Below, piece after piece: positions 18,939-28,509 of a stretch of 51,371 nt of DNA (positions are counted from its first letter, which is position 1; the number at the start of each line of letters is the position of its first letter). The notes beneath the pieces are model-generated. The model did not search any database and was not told the DNA's origin. It saw nothing but the letters and a program-made list of their open reading frames with translations. Location: positions 1 through 51,371 of IMG/VR virus record IMGVR_UViG_3300017912_001403; one strand, 5' to 3'. This DNA is from a virus. Taxonomy: Duplodnaviria; Caudoviricetes. The translations under genes were made by a program, and so were the position numbers.

Positions 18939-20144
18939 TTAGAAATCGATATCATCTCCGAAAGAATTAGATTCTTCTTCCGTTGATTCTGATTCGGCAA
19001 GAGGGTCAATACCCGCATCAATCTTACCGTAAAGAGACAAGAAACCAGTTTTGGTATCTTCATCGAAACGAGACACACAAAGTTCGATAGCCTGTGACTT
19101 GTCACCAAAGATAGCAAACGCCTTTGCAATGTGATCCAAGCGTCGAGTAGAAATAATTTCATCGACACCACCATCATAGAAGGTCTTGCGAATGACATCA
19201 GCCCAAGTCACAAGATTCTCTGCAAAGTCTGCATCAACTGCACCATACTTTTCCATTGAACCGAGAACAATTTTCTTCTCGACAGCCTTGGTAGGATATG
19301 GTTGTTCGATAGTCACTGCGAAACGTTCTAGAAACGCCTCATTAAGGATGTTAGTACCAATGAATCGACCATCATCAGAACCTTTACCTTTAGTATTGGC
19401 AGTAGCCATCACATTGAAACCATCTTTTGGAGTAATCCACTTGTTCACTTTCTTGAGATAGACACCCTTACCTTCAAGAACAGGTTGCAGACACATCAGT
19501 TTGTTAGAACCAAGGTCACATTCATCTAGAAGCAAAGTACAACCACGTTCCATCGCATCGATGACAGGGCCAGGAACAAACTTGGTTTCACCGTTTACAA
19601 GACGGAAACCACCAAGAAGGTCGTCTTCGTCGGTTTCAATGGTAATATTCACACGAATCAACTCTTTTTTGAGTTTAGCGTGAATCTGTTCAATCATTAG
19701 GGTTTTACCATTACCGGACAAACCAGTAACGAAAACAGGATAGAACATACGAGACTTGACTACTTGTTCAAGAGTCTTGAAATTGCCCCAAGGCACAAAA
19801 CCCTCAAACTTAGCAGGAACTAGGTTTTGAGTTTCCATATTAGTAGCAATTAAGTTTACGGTAGTTTGAACCGCCTCTGTTACAGGAGCAACAACCGGAG
19901 TCGCAACTGGATTCGCAGTTCGAGAGCGACGAACACGACGAGACTTGCGAACACGCCCAGCAGGAACCGATTCTGGAATCACTACAGACCCATCCTGATA
20001 CATTTTAGACTGTTTGATTTGTCCTAAACCAAAACCAGAAATAGCCAGTTCAGAAATAACTGACTGTGCCTGTTCTAGTGAAATTACGGAACCCGCTCCG
20101 AACTTTTCGATTGCGGTAGCGACAAAACGTTGTGATGCTTTCAT
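18939..20144 (-). CDS. MoxR/CobS-type AAA+ ATPase
   Basis: GLSGNGKT, RVNITIETDEDDLLGG, LLLDECD, ATANTKGKG, NEAFLERF, ISTRRL. Confidence 0.92.
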   Translation of the reverse strand: MKASQRFVATAIEKFGAGSVISLEQAQSVISELAISGFGLGQIKQSKMYQDGSVVIPESVPAGRVRKSRRVRRSRTANPVATPVVAPVTEAVQTTVNLIATNMETQNLVPAKFEGFVPWGNFKTLEQVVKSRMFYPVFVTGLSGNGKTLMIEQIHAKLKKELIRVNITIETDEDDLLGGFRLVNGETKFVPGPVIDAMERGCTLLLDECDLGSNKLMCLQPVLEGKGVYLKKVNKWITPKDGFNVMATANTKGKGSDDGRFIGTNILNEAFLERFAVTIEQPYPTKAVEKKIVLGSMEKYGAVDADFAENLVTWADVIRKTFYDGGVDEIISTRRLDHIAKAFAIFGDKSQAIELCVSRFDEDTKTGFLSLYGKIDAGIDPLAESESTEEESNSFGDDIDF

Positions 20145-20192
20145 AGTATATACTCTCTCAAAAGTTAAAGGTTAATCTCGATTACATATACT

Positions 20193-20313
20193 ATGCTACA
20201 GGCTAGGGGCGGTATTGTCAAGCACGTAAGTTATTGATTTATATACAAAAGTAAAAAAAATTAAAAGTCGTTATAAATCAATAACTTACAAATCTAATAA
20301 AATCAATCACTTA
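20193..20313 (-). promoter_or_regulatory. Sigma70 promoter TTGACA-N17-TAGCAT with three IHF-consensus sites (cassette copy 1)
   Basis: -10 at 20193-20198, -35 at 20216-20221. WATCAANNNNTTR matches at 20227-20239 (minus), 20276-20288 and 20301-20313 (plus). Confidence 0.8.
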
Positions 20314-20659
20314 CCTCAACACTGCAATTTCTTTCGCAGGCCTGTAGTGTGAATTCGGGGTCTTCCCATGAAGCGGGTAAAACCTTGGTGAACCAATCCC
20401 CTTCAAGAACTTCAGAGATTGACTGATTATAAACGTTATACCTGTCTTTGTTTTTCCAATACTGGAACATAACGTATTCTTGCCGCATAGCATGAGTACC
20501 ATCCATATCCCATTCGGTAATATCCAAAACGTCAATTCGATCCAACTGTTGTTTCTTGTACGCTCCGTTGCAAAGGTAACAGCAAGGCCAAACTTGTCCG
20601 TCTGGATTTACAAGCGCACGACCAGCCTCTTTCCATTCACATACGATCTTTCTAGCCAC
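20303..20659 (-). CDS. Stand-alone SPASM/twitch Fe-S domain protein
   Basis: C...VNPDGQVWPCC...CERNC. GTG start with GGAG 7 nt upstream. Confidence 0.8.
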   Translation of the reverse strand: MARKIVCEWKEAGRALVNPDGQVWPCCYLCNGAYKKQQLDRIDVLDITEWDMDGTHAMRQEYVMFQYWKNKDRYNVYNQSISEVLEGDWFTKVLPASWEDPEFTLQACERNCSVEVSD

Positions 20660-21345
20660 TCTTTTTCTCCATCTCGATTCACGAAAGTAAATCTATCTTC
20701 ACTATTAATATTGTCGAACTGTTGATTTGTTGCCATACCAAATCTATCTGACGTTACGAAACTTACGGCAATACAACCTCTTTCCTTAACCATCTCGTAG
20801 ATTTCGTCCATGTAGTCTTCATTATGTTTAAACAGAATTGTTTGTACATGAATCTTGGCCATTGTATCATTAAGAGCCTCCATATTGTCAAGTACTCTTT
20901 TTAAAGAAGCACCTCTACGATACTTTTGATGCATTTCTTCATTGATACCATCTATCGCAAAATGTACGTCCAACTTCTCGCCCATTGTTGCACCAAGTTT
21001 CCACCACCAATCTGGGTCACGCATAGAACCGTTTGTGATGATGTTAGTGATGGGCTGTTGTTCTCCCGTTTCTTTAATCCACTCACACATCTCAAAGATT
21101 TCTTTATTCATAACAGGGTCACCCCAAGTTCCACAAAACTGTAGGATATCAATCCCTTCCAAGTCTTTATGGGGAAACGCGGTTTTAAACTGTTCCAGTG
21201 ACCAATCTTGGTCAGGCAGCCAATGATTAGGGCCTAGTCCATCTGGATTTGTTCTATGACACTGAGGACATTTTGCATTGCACTTGTTTGTAATTGCAAT
21301 GGTTACTTCTTTTATATGCGTATCATTCCAAGTTAGTTTGTTCAT
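20608..21345 (-). CDS. Radical SAM protein (core domain only)
   Basis: CNAKCPQC, FCGTWGDP, ITNGS, FAIDG, FKHNE. Confidence 0.9.
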   Translation of the reverse strand: MNKLTWNDTHIKEVTIAITNKCNAKCPQCHRTNPDGLGPNHWLPDQDWSLEQFKTAFPHKDLEGIDILQFCGTWGDPVMNKEIFEMCEWIKETGEQQPITNIITNGSMRDPDWWWKLGATMGEKLDVHFAIDGINEEMHQKYRRGASLKRVLDNMEALNDTMAKIHVQTILFKHNEDYMDEIYEMVKERGCIAVSFVTSDRFGMATNQQFDNINSEDRFTFVNRDGEKEWLERSYVNGKRLVVRL

Positions 21346-21754
21346 CTACTCTCTTTCTATTTTCTAAGTGTTGTTCACGGATTTCTTCTTTCGACTGCCC
21401 CATGTAAGGAACTGCATGGGAATTAAGAACTAATAACGAACACAAACGAGTCCATGTGTCTGTTTTAGGATTGTATACTACAAAGTCACCTAGTATACGT
21501 CCATACTTTCCCTTACCATCTTTTGACGTAGTTAGTTTATACGTTTCTCCTTTTTTAAGAAATGACTTTACGAATTCCTTTGCGAGAAGTCCGTACTTCT
21601 TTTCTTCTAAGTCTCTGGTTCTAGTTTCTGGCGTATCTACCCCTTTGAGTCTAATTCTTTGCTTCGATAAAATCATATTAAAGCCAAGATCAATGTCTAC
21701 GTCAACAGTGTCTCCATCGACCACCTTAATTATTTTTGCGTTATATTCATACAT
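21323..21754 (-). CDS. Thermonuclease (SNase-like)
   Basis: KVVDGDTVDV, RIRLKGVDTPE, GKYGRILG. Confidence 0.9.
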   Translation of the reverse strand: MYEYNAKIIKVVDGDTVDVDIDLGFNMILSKQRIRLKGVDTPETRTRDLEEKKYGLLAKEFVKSFLKKGETYKLTTSKDGKGKYGRILGDFVVYNPKTDTWTRLCSLLVLNSHAVPYMGQSKEEIREQHLENRKRVDEQTNLE

Positions 21755-23463
21755 TATTGTTTTATCCTACTAAAATTGTTTACCTTTTCAAACCGAATAC
21801 TGTGCCTAAATTTGTCTGCAAGAACGTCTCCCTTGTGACTGATTATAAACACGTTTTCGTTTCCAAGAGTATTCAGAATTTTTAAGAATTCATCGGTTCC
21901 AGTATTATCCAAAGAACTGTCAAATATCTCATCTAGGATCAACAGGTTGGTATTTGTAGAGTTCTTCATTTTTGCAACGGCACGCCAAGTAAACAGAAGA
22001 GCCAAATCAATACGCATCTTCTCACCCTCTGAAAATGATGCATAGGTAAAGTCATCACGATACCTAGACTTGATAGTTTCATTAAAGTTTTCGTCTAGAT
22101 TAAAGTTAACATAAAACTCCATTGAAGCAAGATACTTATTTATCAACTGGTTCATGATGGGAAGATACTGTTTAATAACCTTCGTTTTAATACCACTATC
22201 CTGAAGCATATCTCTTGCAGCCTCAAGATAGTAAGCCTCTTCCCTAAGTTCTGTTTTTCTTGTCGCAAGTTTATCTGCATCCGTTTTTAACCCAGCAAGT
22301 TTTTCTAAATCCGATTCAGAAACAGAACCAGACTCGAATGAGTCTATATCGTTTTGTAGATTTTTTATCTGTCTTTGCAACTCAGATATGGAACTGTGAA
22401 TTTCAGCAGAGGAAATTTGTTTATCACGTATCTCTTCAGAGATTAAATTGATTTGTTTTATTCTTTCTTCTACTACACTTAGTTCTGACTTGAGTTTCGA
22501 AACCCCCTCAGAAACCTCTTCCAGTTCACTCTTTCTTTCAGAAACCATCTTGTCTTTGTGTTCGTCAAGTATATCTTGGTCACAGGTTGGACAATGTTCG
22601 TTATTATCAAAGAACTCTATTTCTTCGGAAAGTCGTTTGTGCTTACCAGCAACGCCTACAGCAAGTTCTTTCAGTTTAGACTTCTTATTGTTATTTGTTT
22701 TATCGTCTTTGATACTTTCAGTTAATGCCGCAATCTCTTCCTGAAGTTTAGAGTACGTTTCGTTCCTTTCGTTTACAATTTTAATTGCGGCCTGCAATTC
22801 TTCTTTTCTTTTGTTAAGGATATCTTCTTTGTTACTTTTCAGATCTTCAATGTGGTTTTCTTGCATTGATATCTTTTCTGACTGTAACCGAATTTCATAA
22901 TCTAAATCTTTAACTTTTTCGTTCATGTCTTTGACTCTCTGTTTGAGAATCATATTCATTAGAGAAAAGATACGAATATCAAGAATATCTTCTACCACTT
23001 CTCTTCTATGAGTTGCCTTTAACTGCATAAAGGGCACAAAGGTAGATGAACCAAGGATTACTACCTGAGTAAAAGAACGATAGTTGAGGCGCAACACAGT
23101 CTGTTCCAAATATTTCTGATAGTCCCTTGAGTTTGCCTGTTGATTAACCATTTCGTCATCACACCAGATTTCAAACTTGTTTGGTTTGATACCTCGAATA
23201 ACTTTCCATTTTCTCGTACCAATGGTAAACTCAACCTCTACGACTGTAGCCCCAGTGTTGATGGTGTTTACCAGCTGTGGTTTGTTAATTGTGCGAAAAG
23301 GTTTACCATAAAGACCAAAACACAACGCATCGAGAATGGTAGACTTACCGGCCCCATTTTCACCTACGATAAGTGTTGTTTCGCTTCTGTCAAGTTGAAC
23401 TTCGGTGAAGTTGTTCCCTGTCGAAAGAAAATTCTTCCAACGCACATAATTAAAAGTAATCAT
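21754..23463 (-). CDS. gp46: Rad50/SbcC-like recombination nuclease ATPase subunit
   Basis: GENGAGKST, CPTC hook, FSEGEKMRIDLA, LILDE, IISH. Confidence 0.97.
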   Translation of the reverse strand: MITFNYVRWKNFLSTGNNFTEVQLDRSETTLIVGENGAGKSTILDALCFGLYGKPFRTINKPQLVNTINTGATVVEVEFTIGTRKWKVIRGIKPNKFEIWCDDEMVNQQANSRDYQKYLEQTVLRLNYRSFTQVVILGSSTFVPFMQLKATHRREVVEDILDIRIFSLMNMILKQRVKDMNEKVKDLDYEIRLQSEKISMQENHIEDLKSNKEDILNKRKEELQAAIKIVNERNETYSKLQEEIAALTESIKDDKTNNNKKSKLKELAVGVAGKHKRLSEEIEFFDNNEHCPTCDQDILDEHKDKMVSERKSELEEVSEGVSKLKSELSVVEERIKQINLISEEIRDKQISSAEIHSSISELQRQIKNLQNDIDSFESGSVSESDLEKLAGLKTDADKLATRKTELREEAYYLEAARDMLQDSGIKTKVIKQYLPIMNQLINKYLASMEFYVNFNLDENFNETIKSRYRDDFTYASFSEGEKMRIDLALLFTWRAVAKMKNSTNTNLLILDEIFDSSLDNTGTDEFLKILNTLGNENVFIISHKGDVLADKFRHSIRFEKVNNFSRIKQ

Positions 23464-24521
23464 ATTTCTAGATCTTGAGCCTCTGTATATAACCCACGCA
23501 TCAGGTTCTTGAGTCTTTCTTTATCAAAACTTACTTGTAAGTCATCAATATATTTGTGTAGTAAAGTTTGCGTATCCTCGGCATACTCTGCAATATCATC
23601 AGACACGGTGTCGGCATGGAGGTCTGAAAAGTCCTCTACAATCTTAACATCGTGCGTATTTGCCTTAAGAAGTCTTTCAATAAATCGGTCAAACTGATAC
23701 AAGTCTTTCTTGTTTACCACTACAACTTTAATATACTTCTTTTCATACTTTGACACATCAACCTTTTCATAGTCGGTAGTTGTATCGTCATAAAAAATCT
23801 TATCAAACATGGTATATGGATTAGGAATAAATTCCAACTCCAGAGTATCGGTGTCAAAGATATGAAACCCACGTTTATCATTGTAGTCTGACCAAGTAAT
23901 CTCATATGGATTACCCAAATAGTAAATATGTCCATCATCAGACTTGTGGTGAAAGTGGCCACTAAACACAGTGTCAAACTTTCTAAACATTTCCTTTTTA
24001 AACCCACCTTCACAGTAATGACCAGCGTGCATCTCAAATCCATCAATTTCTAGATGTCCAAATGCAACAGTCGCCTTTGTTTGATCTATCATTCCCTCGG
24101 TATAAACATAGTTCTGAGCGTTAATCCAAGGTAACAACATAACAGGCAAGCCGTCAAACTCTACCTCAGTTGCTTCCTCATAGAACTTAATTCTATTTCC
24201 ACGTCCAGTGCATAGTTCGCGCAAAGAGTTTACATCGTTGGTGTTTCTGTAAAAGGTATCATGGTTACCAACAATCATATGTAAGTCACACATGATTGCG
24301 TCGAAAGGTTGCAAAAATCTCTCACGAAAATCTTTTGCAATTCTATAAGAAACATATTTTCGCCTGTCCATCACATCACCAAGATGTATACAGGCCTTAA
24401 TATTGTTTTGTGCAAGATACGGAAAGAATACTCCTTCATAAAATTTGAAGAAATATTCGTTAAAGTCTAAATTGTCGTTTCTTGCGCCAAAATGTGTATC
24501 AGTTATCAGCGCGATTTTCAT
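23460..24521 (-). CDS. gp47: Mre11/SbcD-like recombination nuclease subunit
   Basis: DTHFG, HLGD, GNHD, GHLE, SGHFH. Start placed at the ATG of MKIAL. Confidence 0.97.
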   Translation of the reverse strand: MKIALITDTHFGARNDNLDFNEYFFKFYEGVFFPYLAQNNIKACIHLGDVMDRRKYVSYRIAKDFRERFLQPFDAIMCDLHMIVGNHDTFYRNTNDVNSLRELCTGRGNRIKFYEEATEVEFDGLPVMLLPWINAQNYVYTEGMIDQTKATVAFGHLEIDGFEMHAGHYCEGGFKKEMFRKFDTVFSGHFHHKSDDGHIYYLGNPYEITWSDYNDKRGFHIFDTDTLELEFIPNPYTMFDKIFYDDTTTDYEKVDVSKYEKKYIKVVVVNKKDLYQFDRFIERLLKANTHDVKIVEDFSDLHADTVSDDIAEYAEDTQTLLHKYIDDLQVSFDKERLKNLMRGLYTEAQDLEI

Positions 24522-25065
24522 AATCAATGTCCATAAAATTTTCTAGAGAACTTTTTGAAGGTTTTGCCTTTTGAGACTTTTTGGGTTTATACACAGGTTC
24601 ATCGGGTAGCATGACGGTTGCATCAAAAGTATTTTCTCCGTAGACACTACCCTCATCTCCCTCCATAGTTTCAAAGGACAAGTATTCATTTTTCTCTATA
24701 ATCTTATGTTTGATATGAGTTTGTTTCTTTTCCTTTTGGATTCTACGCAAAAATGCATAATAAATTATTTGCGTAAAATAAGAGAAGGGATTCTTTGATT
24801 TTTCAGGATTGAAATTATAAATGTACTGCAAACAATTTTCAATTCCGTCTGCAACCATTTCATCCCTGTAAGTATAGTTTATGAAATTGGGTTTATAAGA
24901 TAGCCCGTTTGCAATCTTTAGAAAACACGAACCAATATACTCTGGAACTTTTGGTGTGGGGTCTCCCGCCTCTTCAGCTTCAATACACAACTCTCTATAC
25001 TTTTTGATTTCTTCGTAGAACTTTTTATTGTCTACGTAATGCTTTTCTTTATTTTTGTCTTTCAC
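24499..25065 (-). CDS. gp55: Late transcription sigma factor
   Basis: HYVDNK, PNFINYTYRDEMVADGIEN, NPFSYFTQIIYYAFLRRI. Confidence 0.96.
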   Translation of the reverse strand: MKDKNKEKHYVDNKKFYEEIKKYRELCIEAEEAGDPTPKVPEYIGSCFLKIANGLSYKPNFINYTYRDEMVADGIENCLQYIYNFNPEKSKNPFSYFTQIIYYAFLRRIQKEKKQTHIKHKIIEKNEYLSFETMEGDEGSVYGENTFDATVMLPDEPVYKPKKSQKAKPSKSSLENFMDIDYENRADN

Positions 25066-25092
25066 AATCTACTCCTAATATAGATTTTCATA

Positions 25093-25122
25093 ATATTACT
25101 ACAAAAGTTATCTATTTGTCAA
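25093..25122 (-). promoter_or_regulatory. Sigma70-type promoter TTGACA-N18-TAATAT upstream of gp55
   Basis: -35 at 25117-25122, -10 at 25093-25098, intergenic. Confidence 0.6.
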
Positions 25123-25125
25123 GCT

Positions 25126-25506
25126 TTAATGCACTGTGCCGGAGTCATCTTCTAAAATACCCATTTGCTCCATTAAATTGTCCAAGTACTCATCTTCATC
25201 AGCATAAGTTTCTTCAGTAATTGAATCATACACTTTATTTACAGAAGATTCATAAAATTGATCCATTCCAACAGATGAAGAGCACCTTAGTCCAACGAAT
25301 TGCTTTTTAATTTCAAACACCTCATCTTCGGACATGGGCTGTAGCCACCTAGTCAAAGATATACTTTCTACATAGCGTCCATCACTATCCTTACGATCAT
25401 TCATTAAAAATTTCATTGGACAAGAAACAGTTACACACGACTCATTCTCACTTACAACGTTTGCGATGATATCCTCACCGTTAACAAGCTTAAATATCTG
25501 ACTCAT
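25126..25506 (-). CDS. Hypothetical protein (possible Sm-like fold) between uvsW and gp55
   Basis: Begins IFKLVNGEDIIA, acidic C-terminus, ATGA-coupled to uvsW. Confidence 0.75.
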   Translation of the reverse strand: MSQIFKLVNGEDIIANVVSENESCVTVSCPMKFLMNDRKDSDGRYVESISLTRWLQPMSEDEVFEIKKQFVGLRCSSSVGMDQFYESSVNKVYDSITEETYADEDEYLDNLMEQMGILEDDSGTVH

Positions 25507-26948
25507 AGTTTTACCCTGTCTATTTGATAGTTTAATTGCTCTTCGTTATAGATATTTATTCTTTCTTCAAAGTGACGAAGGGTAAAATTAGGACGCTCTC
25601 TATACACCAAATCATCTGAAATATCAAATACGGTTACTGCATCCTTTGTGGTACTTTTTCGCAATCCTCTTCCGATAGATTGGAGTACTCTAATTCTTGA
25701 CTTGCTGGGAGAGGCGAACACGACACTGTGGATGTTTCTAATGTTGATTCCTGTGGAGAAAGTACCGTAAGAAGCAACAATAATGGAAGTGTCACTAGAA
25801 GTATCAGTACTTCTTCTAATATCTTCGCGGGTATCTGTGCCGACTTTTCCGTGAATGATGTTAACTTCATAAGGCAAATCCTTTAATTTATCATACAATA
25901 CTTCACCGTGTTTTTCTACCATCTGATATAACACCAAAGTATTTCCTTCAAGTCTCTTACATAATTCCACAATGAATTCATTTCTTTTTTCATTCGATAT
26001 TAAAAATTCAACTTCTTCTTGATACGAGCTATCTTTTATTAACTTTGCATCTTCTTCAGAATGTACCAATGTAATACATTTAATATTTAAGTCTGCAAGG
26101 GTGTTTTTATCAATGAGTTCTTTAGTTGTGGTAACTTTCTCAACCTCCCCAAATAACCCCTCCAGAACCAGCCTGTGCGTCTGTGTACCGTCTAAAGTTC
26201 CAGTGAACCCATACCTATAGGGGCATATGTGCATTTTAGACATTATGTTAGTTAAAGACTTAGCTTTGAACAAATGCGCCTCGTCACCTATGACACATTC
26301 AAACTGTTCAAAGTATTTTTTCGGTAACTTATACAAAGACTGCCATGTTGATATGACAACCTTCTTATTTGTTTCTCTATCGTGGCCGCTATAAATTTTA
26401 TGAATATGTTTGTCAGTATACCCATAATCAATGAAGTCTGATGCCATCTGCTCAACAAGTGAGGTTGTGGGAACCAGAATCAATACTTTCTTTTCTATAG
26501 CAAGATTTACATATCTTACCAGACAGTAAATTATGAAAGATTTCCCACTTGCGGTAGGAGAAAGAAATAGGCCTCGTTTTCTTTTTATGGCCTCATACAA
26601 TGCCCGTAGTTGATAGTCACGAACCTGTAGTCCAGTTTTAAGTGACTTGACAAACCCAACAAGTGCCTCTGGATTAATATCATTTTCTTCGTCTATACCT
26701 TCTACAGTATATTCGACTTCGTTCAGTTCACAGAATTTTTTAATGTAGGGTAGGAGTCCATAATAAATTAATCCTGTTTGTTGAGAGAACAGCCTAACCT
26801 TGCCGTCCCACATACGATTTCTATACATGGGCATAAACTTGGCGCCTGGCACTTCAAATGTAAAATAGTCAGAAAGTTCTCTCGCACGTCCAGCGTCAAC
26901 TTCGACGTGTAGGTGAACATCATCCCGCTTAGTAACTTTCATAATCAA
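25503..26948 (-). CDS. uvsW: SF2 RNA-DNA/DNA helicase
   Basis: SPTASGKS, VPTTSLVEQM, GDEAH, TGT, QSIGRGLR. The probable ATG start is at 26942. Confidence 0.96.
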   Translation of the reverse strand: MIMKVTKRDDVHLHVEVDAGRARELSDYFTFEVPGAKFMPMYRNRMWDGKVRLFSQQTGLIYYGLLPYIKKFCELNEVEYTVEGIDEENDINPEALVGFVKSLKTGLQVRDYQLRALYEAIKRKRGLFLSPTASGKSFIIYCLVRYVNLAIEKKVLILVPTTSLVEQMASDFIDYGYTDKHIHKIYSGHDRETNKKVVISTWQSLYKLPKKYFEQFECVIGDEAHLFKAKSLTNIMSKMHICPYRYGFTGTLDGTQTHRLVLEGLFGEVEKVTTTKELIDKNTLADLNIKCITLVHSEEDAKLIKDSSYQEEVEFLISNEKRNEFIVELCKRLEGNTLVLYQMVEKHGEVLYDKLKDLPYEVNIIHGKVGTDTREDIRRSTDTSSDTSIIVASYGTFSTGINIRNIHSVVFASPSKSRIRVLQSIGRGLRKSTTKDAVTVFDISDDLVYRERPNFTLRHFEERINIYNEEQLNYQIDRVKL

Positions 26949-27468
26949 TCTTTCGTGTCAATAACAGAGTTTCTTCTTGACCAATAACTTCCACAAATCC
27001 TGAATCAACAAGCTCCCTAACAAAATCAACCACACCAGAGAAAGAAACGCAATAATCGTGAAATAAAATAAAATGATCAATATGATGCCAGAACCGTACA
27101 ACATCATTTCGAACCCATTCATAATCATGGTTCCCATCCACAAACATAGTTTGGAACTTTCTTTTTGGATGAAAGACAACATTATTAGACATCTCCTGTA
27201 TAAAAGTGTGATTTTTTAAATAGTCCTCCGGCAATTGATCTCTGATAGGCGCAAGTTTATCTTTAATATCTATGGACGTTAAATTCCTATTAGTGCCCTC
27301 GAAAATATCAAGAAGCATCAAGGTAGACCCACCCATTCCTATTTCTAAAATATCACCAGTTGTATTTTGAGCGAAACCATGTAAAGCCTCTATCTCATTA
27401 CCACTCATTTGATACATTTCTGGATAACTAAGAGAGTCCAGCTTCAAACTTCCTCCACTCGATAGCAT
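26929..27468 (-). CDS. SAM-dependent methyltransferase (Methyltransf_24/TylF-like)
   Basis: ILEIG, TSIDI, FVDGNHDYE, LFHDY. The true start is probably the internal MYQMS. Confidence 0.8.
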   Translation of the reverse strand: MLSSGGSLKLDSLSYPEMYQMSGNEIEALHGFAQNTTGDILEIGMGGSTLMLLDIFEGTNRNLTSIDIKDKLAPIRDQLPEDYLKNHTFIQEMSNNVVFHPKRKFQTMFVDGNHDYEWVRNDVVRFWHHIDHFILFHDYCVSFSGVVDFVRELVDSGFVEVIGQEETLLLTRKIDYESY

Positions 27469-27856
27469 TTTTTATATCCCATCCTCTGTTCTGGATTTGT
27501 CTTAAAATGCCTTCGATATATTTCAAAACGGTTTCCAAGTATCCTATTTTATTTTCAGCATCAACAATTTCTTGATCAGACTCTATGTAAATAGACAAGT
27601 CCGTTTTCAGCACCTTTAGATCAAAAGGTTTAGTTGCATATACCTTTGCGTCTGCCTTTCCACCATAGTATTCCCACTTTTCTTTGTAAAGCCTTTTATA
27701 GTCACCTTTTGCTTTATACAAAAGAAACTCAAAGTTTGTGCGATAGTCTAAAAACCTACGATAAAGTTCTTGACTTTTTAACGACTCGGTATCGAGATGT
27801 AAGTCATCTATCTTTAATTCATTTTCAACAATTTGTTTAAGGTCATCTAAGGTCAT
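27428..27856 (-). CDS. uvsY: Recombination mediator
   Basis: LKIDDLHLDTES, EYYGGKAD, RGWDIKNAIEWRKFEAG. Confidence 0.93.
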   Translation of the reverse strand: MTLDDLKQIVENELKIDDLHLDTESLKSQELYRRFLDYRTNFEFLLYKAKGDYKRLYKEKWEYYGGKADAKVYATKPFDLKVLKTDLSIYIESDQEIVDAENKIGYLETVLKYIEGILRQIQNRGWDIKNAIEWRKFEAGLS

Positions 27857-27877
27857 AATATATCCTACATTGTAGTA

Positions 27878-27907
27878 ACTCTACCACAAACTAAAGAGTT
27901 ATGTCAA
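27878..27907 (-). promoter_or_regulatory. Sigma70-type promoter TTGACA-N18-TAGAGT with TGn extension, upstream of uvsY
   Basis: -35 at 27902-27907 in the last codons of gp3, -10 at 27878-27883. Confidence 0.6.
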
Positions 27908-28477
27908 GTTATGAAGTGTATAAATTTGATATGCAAAAGTTGCTTCACATTTTATATAGTCAATGTCAGTTGCATCCTGAGAGAAGGAAAGTTCACCTAA
28001 GGCTGTTGGGAACATATTCAGAAACCTAGCCTCTACCATAGGATTGTTCTTGTTAGACAACATGGTAAGTGTTGCATCGGTAAACATAGAGTTTGCAGGA
28101 GTTCTGGAAGTTGGGGTTCTAGTTGGAGTAGTTGTGCCTCTGGTGGCAGATGGGGTTGTAGAAGTAGTTGACCTGTGCGCTGCAAACTGCTCTCTACTCG
28201 AAGGGAAACCTATTGACACCATCCAATTGTGAAGCTCGATATAGTTTCGCATTTCTTCATCAACAATGAATGTGATGGTAAACACGTCAAAGGTCAATTC
28301 AGTACCCATCATAGGAATGACCTTGTACGGTGTTTGCATGTCGGTATCGGTCAAAGTGATTGCAGGAAGGTTTGCCGCAGTCACAAAGAATTCCACTTGG
28401 GGAAGTTGCAACATGGTAAACTTAAACTGAGTTGGGCTCAGATAGTCTAGATTTTGTGGCTGTTCATTAATTCTCAT
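27899..28477 (-). CDS. gp3: Tail tube terminator
   Basis: YLSPTQFKF, FIVDEEMRNYIELHNWM, DATLTMLSNKNNP, FPTAL; located before uvsY. Confidence 0.88.
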   Translation of the reverse strand: MRINEQPQNLDYLSPTQFKFTMLQLPQVEFFVTAANLPAITLTDTDMQTPYKVIPMMGTELTFDVFTITFIVDEEMRNYIELHNWMVSIGFPSSREQFAAHRSTTSTTPSATRGTTTPTRTPTSRTPANSMFTDATLTMLSNKNNPMVEARFLNMFPTALGELSFSQDATDIDYIKCEATFAYQIYTLHNLT

Positions 28478-28482
28478 AAGAG

Positions 28483-28490
28483 TATTTATA
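28483..28490 (-). promoter_or_regulatory. T4 late promoter TATAAATA upstream of gp3
   Basis: Exact consensus 5 nt before the ATG, so the mRNA would be leaderless or nearly so. Confidence 0.75.
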
Positions 28491-28509
28491 TGAACAGCCA
28501 GGGATTAGA

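Noticed and set aside
20193-20313. CRISPR array, att site or IS end for the AATCAATAACTTA repeats
   Set aside because: There are only three 13-bp units per locus in mixed orientation, no integrase or transposase, and fixed spacing to a promoter, which fits a regulatory role better.
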